Origin: Adineta vaga
Lineage: Eukaryota > Animalia > Rotifera
NCBI GenBank assembly: GCA_021613535.1
Contig: CP075492.1
Location: forward strand, 10,230,001 to 10,294,000
Direction: 5' to 3'
DNA length: 64,000 nucleotides
Part shown: positions 55,537 to 64,000 of the stretch, piece by piece
How the letters are laid out: each line of letters starts with the position of its first letter
Position numbering within the stretch: position 1 is the first letter of the stretch
Made by a program: the position numbers and the translations under genes
The notes under the pieces: model-generated
What the model was told of the DNA's origin: nothing
Databases searched by the model: none
What the model saw: only the letters and a program-made list of their open reading frames with translations

Positions 55537-58500
55537 TTATTTTTCAAAAATGGCCCGACTTGCTTTGCAATCGATAGAAACACCTGTTGATAACTCATCA
55601 ATCAATATAATACCCAATGAACTAAGGTGTTTTTGACAAATATCATTCGACTCATAAGCCAACATCTGAGTAACAGCTTCGATCGGAATCGATGGAGTAA
55701 ATCTTTAAAAACGATTTCAATCAAAATAGTTACTAGCAATATCGAAATATCACTTACCCCCAGACTAAAGTTTTGAGCGTTTGTTTCCGATAAATATCAA
55801 TAAAAAGATTAACTAAACAACAAGCGAGTTGGGGTAGGGACCTATATATAATGAAGAAACGAATGTAATTTTTTCGGCGAATGGCCGTGCAAAGTTCTAG
55901 AGCAAGATTCAGATGTTCAATATCTTTGTTTGTGCTCTTCCCGTTGGCTGCTGCTGCATTTTTCACTGTATCAATATCCATTAGAATTCGATTGGCTTCT
56001 AAAAACAAGAAAAAAGATTAGTTTGAAACTATTACAATTTTACATTCTTACTTTTATAATCGTTTAGCAGCAACGAGTAGAGCAAACGATAAACAAGAAA
56101 TTCATTTATATGTATACGACTACAACCATTATCATACAATGTTTCTAATTGTGTTTGACATTGATTGAACTGTTCTCGATCACTCTAGGAAGAAAAAAAA
56201 CGTCGAAAAATGAGAGATAGACTTATTTTCTTCTTGCTTACCATTTCAAGGGCAATACGAGCATTTTCTTCGTAGACCAATACCGTAAAATCATTACGAA
56301 TTGATTGCACCATAAGATCTTGTCGAATACTTTTTAATTGATCACTTATATATGACCCATCTTTACTTGATCTATATTTATTCATAACAAAAGAAAAAGC
56401 ACGTTCAAGAATGGATAATGGACGAATAGTTGCAGGATCAGCTTCCTAAAAGTAAGTATCATTTGGTGAGAAAGAAATAAGTGATAGAAAAAAAACATAC
56501 ACTTGTCAAACGTAAATAGTTCTTTTCCAATTTTTGACATGTGCCTACCAAGGCTTTGTTATTATCACTTACTGTACTGAATGCACCAGGTGCTTGAATC
56601 TAAAACATAGGATAAAATAGAAAAAAGAAGTACAAAATAAATAGAAAAATAACTTACTGGTTTGATAACAGTTAATGTAGATTCGTTGACAAATCGACTG
56701 CGCCGTTTTTCTAATCTTTCACAGTGTTCAGGTTTTGCGCTAAAACTAGAAACAAAAGATTCTATTTCAAAGTTAAAAGTATGGTCATACTCTTCCAATT
56801 GGAATTTTTTATTTGGTTTCTTTGCTCGTCGACCTCTTCTTGAGCGTTTAAAACCAGTTGTAAACGGTGGTGGACTTGTCATATTTCTAAATGAGTCAAG
56901 TCGATTACAATAATTAGGTCTTTTGTTTTTCCTCGTTTATTTTACTTTTGTCGATAATTTGTATCATTATTAGATTTCGAAGATGATGAAGATGACGATG
57001 ATGATGAAGACGATGACGAACGTTTACGTGATGATGTAGTTGTTGTTTCATCATTATCGTCATCATCATCATTACCAAAAGCACGTTGAACAGATTCAGA
57101 TGTTACTGCACGAAGTTTGTTTAAACGAAGTAATTCTTCACGTTGTTTATTATCACTATATGAAGATTTAGCTAATTGAAGTAAAGTTGAATTTGTTGAA
57201 TCAAAAGTATTTGAACGTACATTTGATGATGTATCAGAACGAAGGAGAAATCTAAATAATAGAGATAAATTTTGAATTAATCGATATCAAGATAACTTAC
57301 TCAGGAATTGGTTTATTGAACCAATCAGTTGTATGAACAAGATTCTTTTGAAATGCATCAACAAGAATACCTTGAAACCATTCATCAGCTTGAGAACGTA
57401 ATAGATTTGTTGTACATCGATTTTCAATTGATTGCCAATATTTTCTTTAAAAAACAAAAGAAACAATTTTTTTATAACAAAACATATCAACAATTTATTA
57501 GTAAACTTACTTTAACGATTCAGGCCATTTCTGTTTATCACAGGCTAATTTAAATGCTTGGACAGCACTCATCATTACTCGTGACTCATTAGTATTTGTT
57601 GTATCCATCATAGTATCATCGTAACGATTTTCTGGCGGTGTAGCCATTGGTGTAGGAAATGAAGATAGGGATGTAGTTGGTGTTGGTTGTTGTTTGGGAG
57701 GTGAAGAGAAACGAGATCGTCTGCCTTGTTTATTCAAAGTATTTTGAGGACGAATATTTAATTGAAAGCGTATACCAGATTGTTGTGGTCTAGTTTGTCC
57801 GAGATTTGATGGTGGTGGAACATTATTGTAAGATGCAAATTGCTGCTGATTATTATTGTTACTAGTGATGGTATTATTATTATTATTGTTGTTGTTGTTG
57901 TTATTTGCTGGAAATCGATTACGATAAGAGGGTTGATTTTGTCTTGGTCGGAATGTTGGAGATGGATCTACAACAAATCGAAAGTATAAGGAAAAAAACA
58001 TTCAGTTTATTTTAATCTTACTAGGTTGCTGCCATTTAGATTGTGTTGTATTCATATGGTGTTGCTGTTGATGTTGTTGTTGAGAATTAAATCCATTGGA
58101 GACATTATTATTATTCACTGGAGGTACAGGTGCTGGAATTGGAGTTTGTAAATTAGCAAATGATTGATAGAGTTGATTCTGAAAAGCAGCTTGCTGAAAT
58201 AATGTCCATTGTAATGTCCAATCTTGATATGCCTCTGCTGTTGAAACAGTTGGAGGTGGAACACTCATGTCAAATTTTGGTAATGCTGTCGTTACAGGAG
58301 GAGGAGGAGGGAGAGGAGGAAGTGGTGGTGGTGGTGGTGGTGGTGGAAGAGACATTTCACTGTTCTAAATTTTCAAGAAAAAAGTTAATATTTGTCAATA
58401 TCAAGAAAAAACGATCATCTTACCGAACTGGACATCGATGGAAGAGGAGGAAGAGGTGGTGGCGGCGGTGGTAGTTGAAGAGAGTCTGATGGTGGAGGTG

Positions 58501-58612
58501 GTGGGACAGTCACAGTATTCATACGATGTTCTAACGATTGATTACTACCATTAGTATTGAAATAACCTGAAAAGAAGCCGGAATTAGATGCAGTGGCCGT
58601 TGTTTGCGACAT
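55537..58612 (-). CDS. LENG8: LENG8 / Thp3-like SAC3/GANP PCI-domain protein, multi-exon
   Basis: Pro-rich N-terminus, WPESLK, TTDWFNKPIP, VGTCQKLEKNYLRLT, DPATIRPL, DQLKSIRQDLMVQ..VYEENARIALE, EQFNQCQTQL, and C-terminal IDCKAS. Confidence 0.9.
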
Positions 58613-60198
58613 TGATTAAACAAAACAAAAAACAGAACTGCACAATTCTTATTGTATAATAAAATATGTATCAGAAGACAATGTAATGTATCACTATTTT
58701 AGATAGACGTTTGAAATTATTATTCAACAAACGAATTCGTCACTTTATATAGAAATAATGCCTAACATTACAGTTGAAAAGGCTGAGAAAAGTAGTCAAT
58801 GGCGCGTATCTCTCGATAGATGTCACATATTGCAGGAGAAAAACATGATTAGTTTACTATTATTTCCAATAAAGTAGAGGTTATTCATTCATATATTTTT
58901 GTATGTAATTCTGAGAAATAAGAACAGAATAAAAGAACGTTTTTTTTTATTCTTAAGTACTTGATCTGCCAGCGGAATGATATGTCATGCATCAAGAAAG
59001 ATTATTCTACTATCCTTATTTGACAGAATGTATCTAAGATTATTTCCGTAAAATTAGTCTTTTCTTCGGAATAAAATGAACTGTTTATCAAATTTCAATA
59101 TACTCATTAGACTGTTCTCTAATTTTTCTTTCTCAATAAAAGAAAAACAGACGAACATCTGGTTTGCATGATGACTACACTGAGCATATATGTCTGTCGA
59201 TAAAAAAAGGAAAAACATTATGACAATTAGCTTTTCTCATGTATATTTCTTTTTTGGTTACTTCTGCTATCTACATTGATGATTATTCCTCTTCCAATCT
59301 TTTTTTCTTTTTTTCTTTTTGGTCGTGTAACGAACGTTGAAAGCAGCGAACGCACTCTTTTTTCTTCTCCTGCCTTTGTCTATACTGTTGTTACAGAAAA
59401 ATATCGAGAAGAACGAACGTCGCTATCGATGACGATAAAAACGAGTTTATTAGATGAAGAAAAAATTTTTTTTCATAAGTATTTAGTTCGTTTTCATGTC
59501 ATGATCGATTCGTTTTTTTTGTTCTTAGAAGAAAAATAGTTAAGCTTTTTTTTCTCTCTTCCTTTTTCAAATAAAACATATATATATATATATGTATGTA
59601 TATATACTAACACAACAAAAAAAGAATTGATGATGACAGATTGAAATAACAGTGTGAATAAATGTCAAGGTCTTTCATTTTCTTTCTTTCTATACGGTAT
59701 TTTTCTATTCTACTAGTTTCTTGAGATTTTTAGTTTTTATAAAAGAAATTTTACTAATTACTTATATATCTTTGCGTGTAATTTCCTGTCTTTAATTCTT
59801 ACTATATTTTTATTTAATGTATTACTTTCCAAACTATTGTACAATAGTTTTAACGTACCGAATGGTTCATTGCTCTTTTTCTTTTTAGGATATAAAAGAA
59901 ATATTAGTTCTAATCAGAAAATTTCACTTTTCTCTTAGATATTATCGATCAGGTGATGATATATATATACAAGAGTTATTCTGCATATACATATATTTTT
60001 TAAACTGAATTATCTTGTATATTATTTATTATTTATTACAAGATTAACTAACCAATTTTTATAGTCAATCTTTATTTTATTAAGTGGTGTAAATCGACAG
60101 AAAGTTGATCCTTAACCAATTGGGTATAATACAAATTGTATTGTCGAATACTGAAACACATTTGTGTGTGATTATTGATTTTATATTAATAACTAGTA

Positions 60199-63325
<3,127 letters not shown>

Positions 63326-63870
63326 AGATAATCTTTCTTGTATCTTATATTTAAAAAGTGTTTTTATGATTATTCAGCTAGAAAAAATGAGAAAACTTAT
63401 ATGAATGAACAGTGACTTGTATTTTCTTTTCTATGAGTGTATAAACAGTGATACGATCAAATAATGTGTTCTTTTTCTCTTTTTTGCTAAAAACTCTCTC
63501 TCTCGCTCTCTGTATGTGTTAACAGTACATCTCACAGTGAGTCTTTTTCTCGATTTCTCGCTTTATTCTTCTCTTTGTTTGTTGTTCTTAATGTATATTT
63601 TTATCTCTCACTCTCTCTTTCGTTTGTTGTTGTTGTTTTCTGTTGTTTTTTTACTTTATGAATTATTTGCTCTATCAGTCACAAAACATCATTATCGTTG
63701 AAAAATTTCTATACATAAAACATAACTATGTGTTTGTTTATTTATTTATTTATTTATGATAATAAGGAAATTTTGGAAGAGATTTAAAGATATTGAATAT
63801 GAGTTGAAATATATATAATTATATACGTATTAATCTCTATTTTCGTGTTTTTATTTTCTCAGACGAATAG

Positions 63871-64000
63871 ATGTTACCACCAGCTTCACGTCGTCTTGCA
63901 TTACTTCTCTTGCTGATATTCAGCATTGTATTAGTTCGATCATCTATTAATCCACGTGATTCATTCGTTTGGTTCTTGGAAATTTTACCTGCAGTTCTGG
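63871..64000 (+). CDS. DUF2238/YjdF-like membrane protein, 5' part only (runs off the window)
   Basis: MLPPASRRLALLLLLIFSIVLVRSSINPRDSFVWFLEILPAVL matches the bacterial DUF2238 N-terminal pattern S.I.P.D...W.LE..P. Only 43 codons are visible. Confidence 0.65.
   Translation, partial: MLPPASRRLALLLLLIFSIVLVRSSINPRDSFVWFLEILPAVL

Overview
AT-rich, gene-dense eukaryotic DNA with many 50-70 nt GT-AG introns. Base composition, intron size, gene content and a bacterial-type gene suggest a bdelloid rotifer; this is an inference and is unverified. Manual splicing gives about 21 protein-coding genes and one tRNA-Thr(UGU). Recognisable genes: M13 neprilysin, ZFC3H1-like, DGAT1, an RFamide neuropeptide precursor, a DUF229 protein, MED16, an orphan class A GPCR, DHX34, an SLC22 transporter, CAP, a CNBD2-like protein, LENG8 and an EGR zinc-finger factor. 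The window ends in the start of a bacterial-type DUF2238/YjdF membrane protein, a horizontal-transfer candidate. The most unusual element is a tandem pair of 3-exon genes (50856-53703, minus strand). They encode secreted prion-like low-complexity proteins with poly-Arg cleavage sites. One is Q/N-rich with a probable GPI anchor. The other is soluble and G/Y/S/Q/N-rich with ~37 Tyr. Several other orphan secreted proproteins only appear after splicing: an EMI-like Cys-rich protein, a small glycoprotein and the PYRFamide precursor. Exon boundaries were read by eye, and no database searches were run.
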